A stretch of DNA of 63,457 nucleotides, counting the filler, from Nitrospinota bacterium (GTDB taxonomy: Bacteria > JADFOP01), in NCBI GenBank assembly GCA_022562795.1. It is 7 parts of 7 records of this genome, joined end to end, with 100 filler letters (N's around TTAATTAATTAA, not from the genome) between each part and the next. Parts side by side here need not be neighbours in the genome. Positions count along the whole stretch, not along the records: positions 21,663 to 35,367 come from JADFOP010000051.1; positions 35,468 to 39,175 come from JADFOP010000079.1; 5 more parts are not named here. One strand, given 5' to 3'. Within the stretch, counting starts at the first letter, position 1. Each line of letters begins with the position of its first letter. A model generated the notes under the pieces. That model searched no databases, was not told the origin of the DNA, and saw only the letters and a list, made by a program, of their open reading frames with translations. Shown here one piece after another: positions 28,229 to 39,275 of this stretch. The translations under genes and the position numbers were made by a program.

Positions 28229-30670
28229 ATGTTTAAGCGCTTTACCGAACGGGCTCGAAAGGTCATCATCCTAGCTCGAGAGGAAGCAGAGCGGTGCAAC
28301 AACGAGTACCTCGGCACGGAACACATCCTCCTGGGCATCATCAAGGACGGCGGTGGCATCGCCATCGCAGTGCTCCAAAAGCTCAGCGTTGACCTCAAGC
28401 AGCTTAAAACCGAGGTAGAGCGCAACCTCCCCATAAGCGCCTCCACGATGGTAACGGGGGATATTCCCTTCACGCCCAGAGCCAAGAAGGTGCTGGAGCT
28501 TGCCGTCGATGAAGCCCGTCTCATGGGCCACAACTACATCGGTACGGAACACCTCCTGCTCGGGCTGCTTAAGGAAAACGAGGCCCTTGCGGCTAAGATT
28601 CTGGCCCGCTTCGGGGTAAAGCTCGTAGAGACTCGCGAGCAGACCCTGGGCCTCCTTCGAGAGCCCTCCTCCGCTGCCCCACGTGAGAAGAGCCGCACAC
28701 CTACCCTCGATGAGTTCGGCCGGGACCTGACCGCTTTGGCAGAACAGGGTCAACTCGACCCGGTCATCGGGCGGGAGAATGAAATCGAGCGGGTCATCGA
28801 GATTCTCGCCCGGCGGACGAAAAACAACCCAGTGCTCATTGGGGAGCCGGGGGTCGGCAAGACCGCCATAGTCGAGGGCCTGGCCCAGCGCATCGTGTCG
28901 AAGGAGGTGCCGGAGGTGCTCTACGATAAGAGGCTCGTATCCCTCGATCTGGGAGCCATCGTGGCGGGCACGAAGTATCGCGGGCAGTTTGAGGCCCGCC
29001 TCAAGACCATCATGAAGGAGATCACCTCGAACGATAACGTTATGATCTTCATCGATGAGCTTCACACCCTCGTAGGGGCCGGGGCGGCCGAGGGCTCCAT
29101 CGACGCCTCCAACATGCTTAAGCCAGCCCTCTCCCGCGGGGAGCTCCAATGCATCGGCGCCACAACCATGGACGAATACCGCCGGTACATAGAGAAGCAG
29201 GGAGCGCTGGAGCGTCGGTTCCAGCCGATCATCGTCAATCCCCCGACCATCGATGAGACGATAGATATCATCCGTGGGCTCAAGGATAAGTATGAGACCC
29301 ACCACCGCGCTAGAATTACCGACGAATCCATAATCGCCGCCGTCAGGCTCTCCGACCGGTACGTCTCCGATCGCTTCCTCCCCGATAAGGCCATCGATGT
29401 TGTCGACGAGGCGGGAAGCCGCGTGAGACTAAAGCGCGTGACATTGCCTCCCGAGGTCCGGGCCCTCCTGCGCCAGATCGAAGAGATCGACCGGGACAAG
29501 CGGGAGCACATCGAGCGCCAGGAGTTTGAACGGGCCGTTGAGCTTAGGGACCGAGAAGAAGAGCTTCAAAAGAAAGTGGATCAGCTCAAGCTCGAGTGGG
29601 AGGAGGACCAAAAGAAGACCGAACCCGTTGTGACCGATGAGGAAATCACCTACATCATAAGTCGCATGACGGGCATTCCCCTCTCCAGAATGGAAGAAGC
29701 CGAGTCGGTGCGCCTCCTCAAGATGGAAGAAGAGCTCCACCAGCGCATGGTGGGCCAAGACGAAGCCATCGCCGCCATCACAAAGGCGGTCCGCCGCAGC
29801 CGGGCCGGGCTGAAGGATGCCAACAAACCCATCGGGTCTTTCCTCTTCTTGGGCCCCACCGGAGTAGGCAAAACGGAGTTGGCCCGTACCCTGGCAGACT
29901 TCCTCTTTGGGGATGAAGGGGCGTTAATTCAGCTCGATATGTCGGAGTACATGGAACGGTTCAGCGCCAGTCGCCTCACAGGCGCGCCGCCAGGCTATGT
30001 CGGCTACGAAGAGGGAGGCCAGCTGACGGAGCGGGTTCGCCGCCGGCCTTACTCGGTGGTCTTGCTCGATGAGATCGAGAAGGCGCACCCAGACATCTTC
30101 CACATGCTCTTGCAGATAATGGACGACGGTCGTCTAACCGACAGCTACGGCCGGGCGGTCGATTTTAAGAACGTGATTCTAATCATGACGAGCAATATGA
30201 GCGCCCGGGCTGCCTCGAAGGGCGTGACCCTAGGGTTCCAGAAGGAGAGCGATTTAGCGGCGCACGACCGGATGAAGGAGACCGTCCTGGGCGAAGTCCG
30301 ACGGACCTTCAATCCCGAGTTCCTCAACCGCCTCGATGAAATCACCGTCTTCCACTCGCTGTCGAGAGAAGATGTCAAGAAGATCGTCGAGCTATTCCTG
30401 AAGAGCCTGAACGCTCAGCTCATAGAGCGTGGCATTACGCTGGAGCTCGACGAAGATGTCAAGGAGCGCATCGCGAAGGATGGATACGATCCGGCCTTCG
30501 GCGCTCGTCCGCTGAAGCGCACCATTCAGCGGTTGGTCGAGGACCCGCTCTCTGAGGAGGTCCTCAAGGGACGTTTCCAGGAAGGCGGCGTCATAGTTGT
30601 CCGCCTGGAGGCTGACCAAGCAGTCTTCATCGACAAACGGGATTTGGTAAAGAGCGTCTCCGACGCCTAA
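28229..30670 (+). CDS. clpC: ATP-dependent Clp protease ATPase subunit
   Basis: Clp N-terminal repeats, [11 protein letters not shown] coiled coil, GPTGVGKT. Confidence 0.96.
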   Translation: MFKRFTERARKVIILAREEAERCNNEYLGTEHILLGIIKDGGGIAIAVLQKLSVDLKQLKTEVERNLPISASTMVTGDIPFTPRAKKVLELAVDEARLMGHNYIGTEHLLLGLLKENEALAAKILARFGVKLVETREQTLGLLREPSSAAPREKSRTPTLDEFGRDLTALAEQGQLDPVIGRENEIERVIEILARRTKNNPVLIGEPGVGKTAIVEGLAQRIVSKEVPEVLYDKRLVSLDLGAIVAGTKYRGQFEARLKTIMKEITSNDNVMIFIDELHTLVGAGAAEGSIDASNMLKPALSRGELQCIGATTMDEYRRYIEKQGALERRFQPIIVNPPTIDETIDIIRGLKDKYETHHRARITDESIIAAVRLSDRYVSDRFLPDKAIDVVDEAGSRVRLKRVTLPPEVRALLRQIEEIDRDKREHIERQEFERAVELRDREEELQKKVDQLKLEWEEDQKKTEPVVTDEEITYIISRMTGIPLSRMEEAESVRLLKMEEELHQRMVGQDEAIAAITKAVRRSRAGLKDANKPIGSFLFLGPTGVGKTELARTLADFLFGDEGALIQLDMSEYMERFSASRLTGAPPGYVGYEEGGQLTERVRRRPYSVVLLDEIEKAHPDIFHMLLQIMDDGRLTDSYGRAVDFKNVILIMTSNMSARAASKGVTLGFQKESDLAAHDRMKETVLGEVRRTFNPEFLNRLDEITVFHSLSREDVKKIVELFLKSLNAQLIERGITLELDEDVKERIAKDGYDPAFGARPLKRTIQRLVEDPLSEEVLKGRFQEGGVIVVRLEADQAVFIDKRDLVKSVSDA

Positions 30671-30704
30671 GGCTTCTCGCCTGCGATGTCGGGGGCGGTC
30701 TAGC

Positions 30705-33011
30705 ATGGATAACTATCACATGCAGACCCCGCCGAGTAGGAGAGCCCTGTTCGCTGGGCTCGCGTTGGCCGGTGTCATACTGGCCGGAGTTGGAGGCGTG
30801 TGGGCGGCAGAGCCTCCCGGTCGTGGGCCTGGTCCTGCGCCACAGGTCAAAGCAGTACTCGTAGAGGGCAACCAGCGGGTCGAGGAATCGACCATCCGCT
30901 TCCACATCAACACCCGCAAGGGCGCCTCATTTAGTGTCTACGCCATCCGCGAAGATTTGAAAAAAATCTACAGCCTTGGGTACTTCGAAGACGTGAAGGT
31001 CGACGTAACGGAGTTCGAGGGGGGCCTTACGGTCACATATATAGTGGTGGAGAAGCCCTCCCTTCGGACCATTACCTTTTCCGGCAACAGCAAGATTCCG
31101 CAAGATGAGTTCTTGAGCAACATCCCTTTGCGCGAGGGGGCGATCTTGAACCGCAACCTCGTCCAAGAGAGCATCAACATCGTTCAGTTCCTCTACCATC
31201 AGAAAGGTTTCCTCTTCGTCAAGGTCGAGCCCCTTTACCACGCCGCAGCGAACAACTATGTGGACCTCGAGTTTAGCGTCACCGAGGGCAAGAAGGCGCA
31301 TGTGGAGACCATCAGCTTTGCCGGCAACCGGTCCTTCTCGGACAAGGAGCTGCGCAAGGTCATCGATACCTCGACCTGGAATCCGTTCTCCTTTCTGACC
31401 ATGGGTGGCACCTACGTCAGGGACGTGGTGAAGAACGACCGGGTGAAGCTCGTCCAGTTCTATCACAATAACGGCTTCCTTGACTCGGTGGTTAGCGAGC
31501 CCGCCGTGGAAATCGACGATAAGGCGGGAGACATATTCATCACCTTCTCCATTGACGAAGGGCCCCAGTACCGGGTGGCCTCACTTGCCGTTACGGGGGA
31601 CGAGGAGACTCCGAAAGATCAGCTCCTGAAGCTTCTCACACTCCGGGAGGGGGAGATATTCCGCAAAAACCGCTTGCGACGCGACATCCTCTACCTGACA
31701 AACCTCTATTCTACTCAAGGATACGCCTACGCGGACGTGGTGCCCCTGACCAACCGCAACCCCGAGAACCAGACGGTCGACGTGGTCCTCGATGTGGACA
31801 AAGGCCAGCGGGTCTTCGTTGAGCAGATAAACATTCAGGGCAATACCCGAACCAGGGATCACGTCATCCGCCGCCAGTTCAAGTTGAGCGAGGGGGAGGT
31901 TTTCGACAGTAGCAAGTTAGCCCTCAGTCGCCGCAACATCCGGTTCACGGGGTATTTCGACGAGGTCTCAATCAACACGAGTCGCGGCAGTGATGACGAC
32001 ACCATTATCATCGACACCCAGGTCCAGGAGAAACCCACGGGGGTCTTTGGCGTTGGGGCTGGCTATTCCTCGGTCGAGCAGGCCCTGTTTGGATTTCGAA
32101 TTCAGCAAGACAACCTCGCAGGACGGGGTCAAAAGCTCGCCTTCCGGGGCAATTTCTCCGGCATCCGTCAGCGATTCCGGCTTTCTTTTTGGGAACCCTC
32201 GGTGGCCGACTCCACCATTGGCATGGGGTTTAGCCTGACCAACGTCCTTGAGGAGTTTCCCCTCTACAACTCCGAGGTCAAAGGATTTGACACCACATTC
32301 TCCAAAGGCTTCCGTGATTATTGGAAAGGGAGCTTCCAATACCGCCTCGAGGATGTCGAGATAAAGAATGTCAATTCGTCCGTGCAAGGCCTGATTACTG
32401 AGGGAGAATTCACGGTTGGCTCCCTGCGCCCGACCCTGACGTACGACTCCCTCGACCGGCCCTTCTTCCCCCACCGGGGCACGAGACAGATCTACGCTCT
32501 TGAATTTGCGGCGGAGCCCTTGGGAAGCGACGTGGAATTCTGGAAGATCCAGGGCGACTTTCGCCGGTATTTTGAGATCAAGGACAACGTCGTGTATCAT
32601 CCTCGCATACGGGTGGGGTTCGCCACCGGCATCGGCGGTGAGAAGCTTCCTGCCTTTGAGCGGTTCTTCGCGGGAGGGACCTCGACTGTACGTGGGTTCA
32701 AATTGCGCGACATTGGCCCGAGCATCGGCTTCCGATCGCTGGGCGGAGAGTCCCGCTTCATCCTGAACAACGAGGTTCAATATCCCCTGGTCGAGGCGAT
32801 CAATCTCTCTGGTGTGGGCTTTATCGATGCGGGCAACGTCTATAATGAAATCGATGACTTTGACCCCTTTACCCTTCGTTACGGCACCGGAGCGGGAATT
32901 CGCGTGCTATCGCCCGTTGGGCCAATTGGCTTGGACTATGGTATCAAGATCGATCGGAAAGTGGGTGAGAGGCAGGGGGAATTTCACCTCAGACTTGGCT
33001 CGCAGCTTTAA
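30705..33011 (+). CDS. bamA: outer membrane protein assembly factor
   Basis: POTRA repeats, GNTRTRDHVIRR, VRGF motif, beta-barrel C-terminus. Confidence 0.95.
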   Translation: MDNYHMQTPPSRRALFAGLALAGVILAGVGGVWAAEPPGRGPGPAPQVKAVLVEGNQRVEESTIRFHINTRKGASFSVYAIREDLKKIYSLGYFEDVKVDVTEFEGGLTVTYIVVEKPSLRTITFSGNSKIPQDEFLSNIPLREGAILNRNLVQESINIVQFLYHQKGFLFVKVEPLYHAAANNYVDLEFSVTEGKKAHVETISFAGNRSFSDKELRKVIDTSTWNPFSFLTMGGTYVRDVVKNDRVKLVQFYHNNGFLDSVVSEPAVEIDDKAGDIFITFSIDEGPQYRVASLAVTGDEETPKDQLLKLLTLREGEIFRKNRLRRDILYLTNLYSTQGYAYADVVPLTNRNPENQTVDVVLDVDKGQRVFVEQINIQGNTRTRDHVIRRQFKLSEGEVFDSSKLALSRRNIRFTGYFDEVSINTSRGSDDDTIIIDTQVQEKPTGVFGVGAGYSSVEQALFGFRIQQDNLAGRGQKLAFRGNFSGIRQRFRLSFWEPSVADSTIGMGFSLTNVLEEFPLYNSEVKGFDTTFSKGFRDYWKGSFQYRLEDVEIKNVNSSVQGLITEGEFTVGSLRPTLTYDSLDRPFFPHRGTRQIYALEFAAEPLGSDVEFWKIQGDFRRYFEIKDNVVYHPRIRVGFATGIGGEKLPAFERFFAGGTSTVRGFKLRDIGPSIGFRSLGGESRFILNNEVQYPLVEAINLSGVGFIDAGNVYNEIDDFDPFTLRYGTGAGIRVLSPVGPIGLDYGIKIDRKVGERQGEFHLRLGSQL

Positions 33012-33072
33012 CGCTCTGCCTTACCCCGAGCCGGGGGAGTAGAGCGTTTTTGCGCATAGGAGGGCGAACAAG

Positions 33073-33648
33073 ATGACCCGGAGGAGTTATTCGAGGCTTC
33101 TCGGGTTGAGCGTCGGAGCGGCCTGCCTCGTTTGGAGCGGCCTTAATGGGAGCCCCGCCAAGGGGGCAGAAGCCCAGATGCGGCCGGCTATGCTCGACTC
33201 TACGATTAAGGTGGGGATTGTCGATCTCAACCGTGCCTTCAGGGAGTCCAAATCGGTCAGCGCGGCCAAGGCCAAACTCATCCAGGATAGGAAAAACAAG
33301 CTCCAAGCCCTCAAAGCCCGCCGCGAGGAGATCAAGGTGCTTGGCAAGGAGATCCAGAATCAGCGGGCCCTTCTCTCTGAGGTGGTCCGGCGCCAGAAGG
33401 AGGGGGAGCTTAGACAGAAGCTGCGGATATTGGAGCGGCTCAGGAACGACTCCGAACAGGAGCTCAACCGCCGGTACCTCTCCATCAATCGATTTTTTCT
33501 CGCCGACGCCAAGAAGGCGATCGGCTCGCTGGGCAGGGATGCGGGCTATACGATCATTATCAGTGTGGACAACGACCTCGTCCTGTACGGTGCTAAGTCG
33601 GTGGATGTGACCGACCAGGTCATACAGCTAATGAACAATAACCAATAA
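33073..33648 (+). CDS. skp: OmpH/Skp periplasmic chaperone
   Basis: KVGIVDL...coiled coil...VLYG..SVDVTDQVI; follows bamA. Confidence 0.88.
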   Translation: MTRRSYSRLLGLSVGAACLVWSGLNGSPAKGAEAQMRPAMLDSTIKVGIVDLNRAFRESKSVSAAKAKLIQDRKNKLQALKARREEIKVLGKEIQNQRALLSEVVRRQKEGELRQKLRILERLRNDSEQELNRRYLSINRFFLADAKKAIGSLGRDAGYTIIISVDNDLVLYGAKSVDVTDQVIQLMNNNQ

Positions 33649-33671
33649 GCCCGGTGGAGTGACGTTCGGCC

Positions 33672-34709
33672 ATGAGTAAACGCTTAGAGGAAGTCGCCGC
33701 CTTTGTAGGAGGGAAAATTTACGGCGACCCCTCGATCAATATCGCGGGGGTAGCCGGCCTTCTCGATGCGGGCCCTAGCGATATCACGTTCCTGGCCGAA
33801 CGTAAGTACCTCAACGAGCTAAGCCGGAGCCAGGCCGCCGCTGTGCTGGCCGCATCCCCCGAGGGTATTGATCGGCCAGTAATCGAGGTGGCCAACCCCT
33901 ATGCGGCCTTTGCCGACCTGTTGGAGCTCTTCCATCCCTCGACCCCGCCGCCCGGCACGGTGGACGAAAGGGCGGTCTTAGGCTCCGGAGCGCGCCTGGG
34001 CGAAGGTGTCACCCTCTATCCATATGCCGTCCTTGGGGCGGATGTTGTCGTAGGCGATCGGACGGTCATCCACTCCCACGCGGTGGTGGGCGATGGGTGC
34101 GCCATCGGCGCCGACTGCGTTCTATTTCCCAATGTGACGCTCTACCGGGGGGTGACTCTAGGCCAGCGGGTCATCGTTCATAGCGGAGCGGTTCTGGGAA
34201 GCGACGGGTTTGGGTATACCCAGCTCGAGGATGGCGCCCACCGGAAGATCCCCCAGGTCGGTCGGGTCGTCGTGGAAGACGATGTGGAGATTGGCGCTAA
34301 TGTGACGGTTGATCGAGCCACCTTGGGCACCACGGTAATTGGGCGGGGTACGAAGATCGACAACCTCGTTCAGGTCGCCCACAACACGGTCATCGGCACC
34401 GATGGGATCATCGCCGCCCAGGCGGGCTTGAGTGGGTCGTGCGAGGTGGGCGACCGGGTGACAATTTTGGGCCAAGCGGGTCTCATCGACCACGTCCGGG
34501 TGGGCGACGGCGCTACCCTAATCGCCCAGAGCGCCATCACAAGCGATGTGGAGCCGGAAGCCGTCGTCGCCGGCTCGCCGGCCATGCCCCTGTCCACGTT
34601 TCGGCGGGTCGTTGCCACCCTGCCCAAGCTGCCCGACCTCGCCAAGGAGGTACGGGCGCAGGCCAAACGCCTGAAGGCCTTGGAAGGCCAAAGTGGAGGC
34701 GATACATGA
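33672..34709 (+). CDS. lpxD: UDP-3-O-acyl-glucosamine N-acyltransferase
   Basis: Hexapeptide repeats, [24 protein letters not shown]. Confidence 0.96.
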   Translation: MSKRLEEVAAFVGGKIYGDPSINIAGVAGLLDAGPSDITFLAERKYLNELSRSQAAAVLAASPEGIDRPVIEVANPYAAFADLLELFHPSTPPPGTVDERAVLGSGARLGEGVTLYPYAVLGADVVVGDRTVIHSHAVVGDGCAIGADCVLFPNVTLYRGVTLGQRVIVHSGAVLGSDGFGYTQLEDGAHRKIPQVGRVVVEDDVEIGANVTVDRATLGTTVIGRGTKIDNLVQVAHNTVIGTDGIIAAQAGLSGSCEVGDRVTILGQAGLIDHVRVGDGATLIAQSAITSDVEPEAVVAGSPAMPLSTFRRVVATLPKLPDLAKEVRAQAKRLKALEGQSGGDT

Positions 34710-35167
34710 GCGAGGCTCGACCGGCCGAGACCCTCATGGGGAAGGCCGAGATCAAGGAATACCTCCCCCACCGCGAGCCCTTTCTCCTCGTCGATAGGAT
34801 CCTCGAGATGGAGCGGGGCCAGAGGGTGGTAGCGGAAAAGGACGTCCTTGCCAATGAACCGTGGTTTGAAGGCCATTTCCCGGGTAATCCTATCCTTCCG
34901 GGGGTGCTCATCATCGAGGCGATGGCGCAAACGGCGGGGGTATTGGCCTTCTGGACCGATGACGTGAAGGGCTCGGGGGTCGCCTACTTTACCTCCATCA
35001 ACAAGGTGCGGTTCAGAAAGCCCGTCGTCCCGGGTGAGACCATTCGTTTGGAGCTCGATCTCATTCGGAGGCGGGGCAATATATGGCGATTTCAGGGCCA
35101 CGCCTACGTAGACGGCCAGCTCGTCGCAGAAGGGGAGGTCCAGGCTCTAATGGGGAGCAGCCTGTGA
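34706..35167 (+). CDS. fabZ: 3-hydroxyacyl-ACP dehydratase
   Basis: [31 protein letters not shown]. Confidence 0.95.
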   Translation: MSEARPAETLMGKAEIKEYLPHREPFLLVDRILEMERGQRVVAEKDVLANEPWFEGHFPGNPILPGVLIIEAMAQTAGVLAFWTDDVKGSGVAYFTSINKVRFRKPVVPGETIRLELDLIRRRGNIWRFQGHAYVDGQLVAEGEVQALMGSSL

Positions 35168-35367
35168 GCATCCACCCGACGGCGGTGATAGACCCTGCGG
35201 CCAAGCTCGGGTCCGATGTGACGGTTGGGCCATACGCTGTCATCGAGGGCGGCGTGACCGTCGGGGATGGCTCTTCCATAGGCGCCCACGTGGTGCTCCA
35301 TACAGGCTGCCGCCTGGGCCGGGGTGTAGCGGTGGCGCCGCACGCGGTGCTAGGCGGGCCCCCCCAG
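35164..35367 (+). CDS. lpxA: UDP-N-acetylglucosamine O-acyltransferase, 3' truncated
   Basis: IHPTAVIDP...VGPYAVI...LGGPPQ; runs into the linker. Confidence 0.9.
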
Positions 35368-35467
35368 NNNNNNNNNNNNNNNNNNNNNNNNNNNNNNNNN
35401 NNNNNNNNNNNTTAATTAATTAANNNNNNNNNNNNNNNNNNNNNNNNNNNNNNNNNNNNNNNNNNNN
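35368..35467. other. artificial contig linker
   Basis: N-run + TTAATTAATTAA + N-run. Confidence 0.99.
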
Positions 35468-35676
35468 ATTGAGATGCCCCTCTCTCGCTCCTGGGGCATA
35501 AAGTCGGTGGTCGCCCGACCGTCGTCCACCTCCCCGATACGGTGGCTCGCACCTGCGTAGAAGAGCATCCTCTCGGTCACGGTAGTCTTGCCGGCGTCGA
35601 TATGGGAGATGATGCCAATGTTGCGAACACGAGAGAGGGCTGCGTCGGTTAGCAAGGAACGCCTCCTATCCCGCAT
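35468..35676 (-). CDS. fusA: elongation factor G (possibly a second paralog), 3' truncated
   Basis: [19 protein letters not shown]...QERERGIS. Confidence 0.88.
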
Positions 35677-36188
35677 CGGAAAATCACGCTAGATGCATAA
35701 AAATCAAAAGCGTACATTATCACAGGGCTCGGGGGGTGTCAACGGTTTCTAAAACAAGGTTGTGGGCTAATCTGGATTAACCAAATATGCTACGTCCCTC
35801 CGAATCGGCAACAATAACGTACCCCGTTGTGAGGGCCTCCCGTTCCCATTCTGCTCAGCCGGACTAACCCCCATGGCATATTTGATGGCCTGACCGGCAG
35901 AAGGGTAATTTCTTTTGTAATATTTACTTTTCCGTAGGTTAGCTGAAGTCAAAGTCTCCTGGGATAATAGATCCTTCCTATTCTCTTCACATTACAAAGG
36001 CCTTTCCCTTGCCTGCCTTTATCAAATCATACATTCGGTGTACGATTTAAACATGTGTCGGCACTAATCTCATCTCAACAAATTGACACGTCGTCCCGTC
36101 GCTGGTCTATAGTCAAGTCCTTTCTTATCAGATAGTTCCCAGACCATCGGCATGAAAAAGTTCTTGGGAGGGAGGCGACGCTCCACTG

Positions 36189-36203
36189 TGGCACCAAATT
36201 TGC
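36189..36203 (+). promoter_or_regulatory. sigma54 -24/-12 promoter
   Basis: TGGCAC-CAAAT-TTGC upstream of the tad genes. Confidence 0.65.
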
Positions 36204-36321
36204 GTATAGACTAGAACGACAATGGCCGATGAAAAATGCAAAGGGCCTAATGTAAGTCCCGCCGGCGGGACGCCGGGAGGTGGGTTTCGCCCTGACTTCC
36301 CACCTCCCTGCAATTTATATC

Positions 36322-36350
36322 TTGACAAAGTTGTCAGTATCGTTTATATT
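36322..36350 (+). promoter_or_regulatory. sigma70 promoter with overlapping palindrome
   Basis: TTGACA-N17-TATATT; TGACAAagTTGTCA overlaps the -35. Confidence 0.65.
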
Positions 36351-36387
36351 TAGCGGCGAGTTAGGGATAATTGAATTAGTAAAAGTC

Positions 36388-36413
36388 AGGGAGCCAAAGG
36401 GCTCCCTTTTTTT
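36388..36413 (+). terminator. intrinsic terminator in the tad leader
   Basis: AGGGAGCC-AAAG-GGCTCCCT followed by a T-run. Confidence 0.75.
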
Positions 36414-36667
36414 GTGGCTGCGATACATGCTTCGGGGGTAACGGGACGGTCCACGTCACACCAATTGTCTTGTTAAATGTGTGACGACAGACGGGCTAAC
36501 CGAACCCCTAAAAATGCTGACCAGGAAGGTAAGGTCAGCGATTTAGGAGTCTTTCTAAGCCGAGTTTCCTCTAAAAGTGGGTGACTAGGCTTTTCATTTG
36601 GTTTGAGGGTATGAATTACCACACAGAGATCTCATGTCGAGGGGGCGAACGACCGGTCCGCAAGGTT

Positions 36668-37132
36668 ATGCTGCACCGGGTGCACCGCCTAGTTTCGGCA
36701 GACGGAGGGGCCGCCGCAGTTGAGATGGCCCTGGTGCTGCCATTTCTGATGGTCATCCTGATGGGCATTATCGAGTTTGGCCGTGTCTTATACAGCCATC
36801 AAGTTATTACAAACGCTTCACGGGAGGCCGCTCGGGCCTCGGCTACGGACTTTGAGCCCTACACCGTGGCAGCCAATCGAATTTTAGCCCCTGCGGGCAT
36901 CCCATTGCCTACGGCATCGTGTGCCACCAGCCCTTCGATAGGCTACTCGAGCATCTGCCAGACGATCGTGATCATTCCTGTGGGCACTACCACCGCTCAG
37001 GCCCACCGGGTGACAATATCTTACAACATTGCATACATGACCCCTCTCGGGGCCTTGCTGGAGATGATCGCTGGAAACTCCACCTGGGGAGAGGGGATTA
37101 CTATAACCTCGACAGCGGTAATGCGTGAATGA
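36668..37132 (+). CDS. tadE: TadE-like pseudopilin
   Basis: GAAAVEMALVLP...GIIEFG...NASREAAR; start uncertain. Confidence 0.85.
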   Translation: MLHRVHRLVSADGGAAAVEMALVLPFLMVILMGIIEFGRVLYSHQVITNASREAARASATDFEPYTVAANRILAPAGIPLPTASCATSPSIGYSSICQTIVIIPVGTTTAQAHRVTISYNIAYMTPLGALLEMIAGNSTWGEGITITSTAVMRE

Positions 37133-38148
37133 AGGTAGCGATAAAAACAAGGCGTAATTTATTGCCCCATGGGGAGTCGTTGCCCGGTCTGCTTGGTGAC
37201 GAACGTGGGGCTGTTGGCGTCGTGGTGGCGGTGTTCCTCGCTGTTCTCATCGGTTTTGCCGCCCTGGTGATAGACCTTGGCGTGCTCTTTGTCGTCCGCG
37301 GCGAGCTTCAGAACGCGGCCGACGCGGGAGCCTTGGCGGGGGTAGTAGAGTTGGTTATCAACGGTGAAGATTCTGCTCAGACTATGGCCGTGGCCTTCGC
37401 CACAGAGGACGGCCAATTTCGCCTCAACATCCCGTCTCCCGAGACCGATGCCGTGGAGGTAACCGTCCTTGGCCCTGAGACGCTTCGAGTTCAGATTCGC
37501 CGGTCCGCCGGGACGGCGGCCGGGCCGGTGCCCACGATCTTCGCGCGCATTTGGGGCAGGGAGTCGATGGAGGCGGCAGCCGTTGCTGTTACCACGCTAG
37601 ATCATCATGTTGTAGGCACGGGCCCAGGCAACCTGATGCCGTTCGGCATCCACGAAGACATGGTCGATCCCGATGGGGATGGGTACTACGACATCGGAAA
37701 CTCAATCGACATCTATCCTCACTCCTGGAGCCCTGGCAACTTCGGCATCCTCGACCTGGACGGGGGCAGCAACTCCAACGCCGAGACCGCCTACTGGATT
37801 GAGAACGGCTACGATGGGATTTTCATCATTCCCGAAAGTACAGGCTACATCAATGTGGAAGGCGACCCAGGCATATCCGGCGGCTCCCTTAACGGGGCCA
37901 TCAATTTGCGGTACGGCGACACGGTGCTCTTTCCCGTCTTCGATCAGGTCACGGAACAGGGGGCCAACACCATCTACCGCGTGGTTGACCTGGTGGGGGG
38001 CATAATCACAGGATTTCAGCTCACAGGAGCTGTGAGCAGCCGCCACTTAACCGTCGAGATAGTGGAGTTTACCGCCCAGAATATTGTCGTGGGCGGGGAC
38101 GACGTCGCGCTTAACAACAGCGTCTCCGCCCCCGTGCTCATTCAGTAG
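37129..38148 (+). CDS. TadG-like Flp pilus assembly protein
   Basis: DERGAV...ALVIDLG...ELQNAADAGALAG, GNFG.LD. Confidence 0.85.
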   Translation: MKVAIKTRRNLLPHGESLPGLLGDERGAVGVVVAVFLAVLIGFAALVIDLGVLFVVRGELQNAADAGALAGVVELVINGEDSAQTMAVAFATEDGQFRLNIPSPETDAVEVTVLGPETLRVQIRRSAGTAAGPVPTIFARIWGRESMEAAAVAVTTLDHHVVGTGPGNLMPFGIHEDMVDPDGDGYYDIGNSIDIYPHSWSPGNFGILDLDGGSNSNAETAYWIENGYDGIFIIPESTGYINVEGDPGISGGSLNGAINLRYGDTVLFPVFDQVTEQGANTIYRVVDLVGGIITGFQLTGAVSSRHLTVEIVEFTAQNIVVGGDDVALNNSVSAPVLIQ

Positions 38149-38219
38149 AGGAGGAGGTTAGTGAGTGTTGCAGCTGCAGCCCTTGGTCAGTCAGTGGCGG
38201 ATAGCACTTACCTCAAGAG

Positions 38220-38316
38220 TGGTAATGCGTCAATGAAGCTAGCGATAAAAGCAAGGCGTAATTCATTACTTCGAATGAAGCTGCTCCCCGGCCTGCTGGC
38301 TGACGAAGGGGGTGGG
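38220..38316 (+). pseudogene. degenerate duplicate of the tadE end/tadG start junction
   Basis: GGTAATGCGTcAATGAAGcTAGCGATAAAAgCAAGGCGTAATT matches 37117-37160; MKLAIKARRNSLL...LPGLLADEGG versus MKVAIKTRRNLL...LPGLLGDERG. Confidence 0.75.
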
Positions 38317-38357
38317 AAGTATAAGATGAAGATAAAACAAAATAACCGCTTCTAAAT

Positions 38358-39175
38358 ATGGTGGTAAGAATGGATCAAACAAGACACCAAAGGATTGCTA
38401 AACGGCTTGCTGATTTGATGGAAACATCTGGCATCCAACTCAAGCGGTTAAAGTTGGCAGCACAGGAATCCAAAGCCTACGCCGAAACCGTCTTGGAGAC
38501 GGTGCGGGAACCCTTTGTAGTCCTCGATAGGGACCTACGCGTGGTATCGGCGAATCAGTCTTTTTACCAGACATTCCAGGTTCCACCGGAGGAGGTGGAT
38601 GGCCACCTCATCTACGAGATGGGCAACGACCAGTGGGACATTCCCCGGTTGCGGGTGCTGCTGGAGGAGGTGCTCCCGAGGGACACCCTGGTCCAGGACT
38701 TTGAGGTGAACCACGAGTTTCCGACGATCGGGCGTAGGGCGATGCTGCTCAATGCCCATCGCATCTCTCGGAATAACGAGGCAACCGCTTTTATTCTCCT
38801 CGCCTTTGAGGATATCACCGAGCGCCATCGGGCCGAGGAGGAGCATGGAAAGGTCCGCGAGACCCTGGAAAGTCAGCTCCAGAATCGGACCGATGAACTG
38901 AAGGCGGCCCATGAGCAACTGAAGGGTGAGGTCACCGAGCGCCATCGGGCCGAGGAGGAGCATGGAAAGGTCCGCGAGACCCTGGAAAGTCAGCTCCAGA
39001 ATCGGACCGATGAACTGAAGGCGGCCCATGAGCAACTGAAGGGTGAGGTCACCGAGCGCCATCGGGCCGAGGAGGAGCATGGAAAGGTCCGCGAGACCCT
39101 GGAAAGTCAGCTCCAGAATCGGACCGATGAACTGAAGGCAGCCCACGAGCAACTGAAGAGTGAGGTCAACGAGCG
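38358..39175 (+). CDS. PAS-domain signalling protein with repeated coiled-coil linker, 3' truncated
   Basis: YAETVLETVREPFVVLDRDLRVVSANQSFY...LAFEDITER. Confidence 0.85.
38815..39175 (+). repeat. 117-bp in-frame tandem repeat, three copies plus start of a fourth
   Basis: Units start at 38815, 38932, 39049 and 39166; the 39-aa unit is TERHRAEEEHGKVRETLESQLQNRTDELKAAHEQLKGEV. Confidence 0.95.
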
Positions 39176-39275
39176 NNNNNNNNNNNNNNNNNNNNNNNNN
39201 NNNNNNNNNNNNNNNNNNNTTAATTAATTAANNNNNNNNNNNNNNNNNNNNNNNNNNNNNNNNNNNNNNNNNNNN
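39176..39275. other. artificial contig linker
   Basis: N-run + TTAATTAATTAA + N-run. Confidence 0.99.

Noticed and set aside
38815-39175. Possible CRISPR array
   Set aside because: Head-to-tail in-frame coding repeat without spacers
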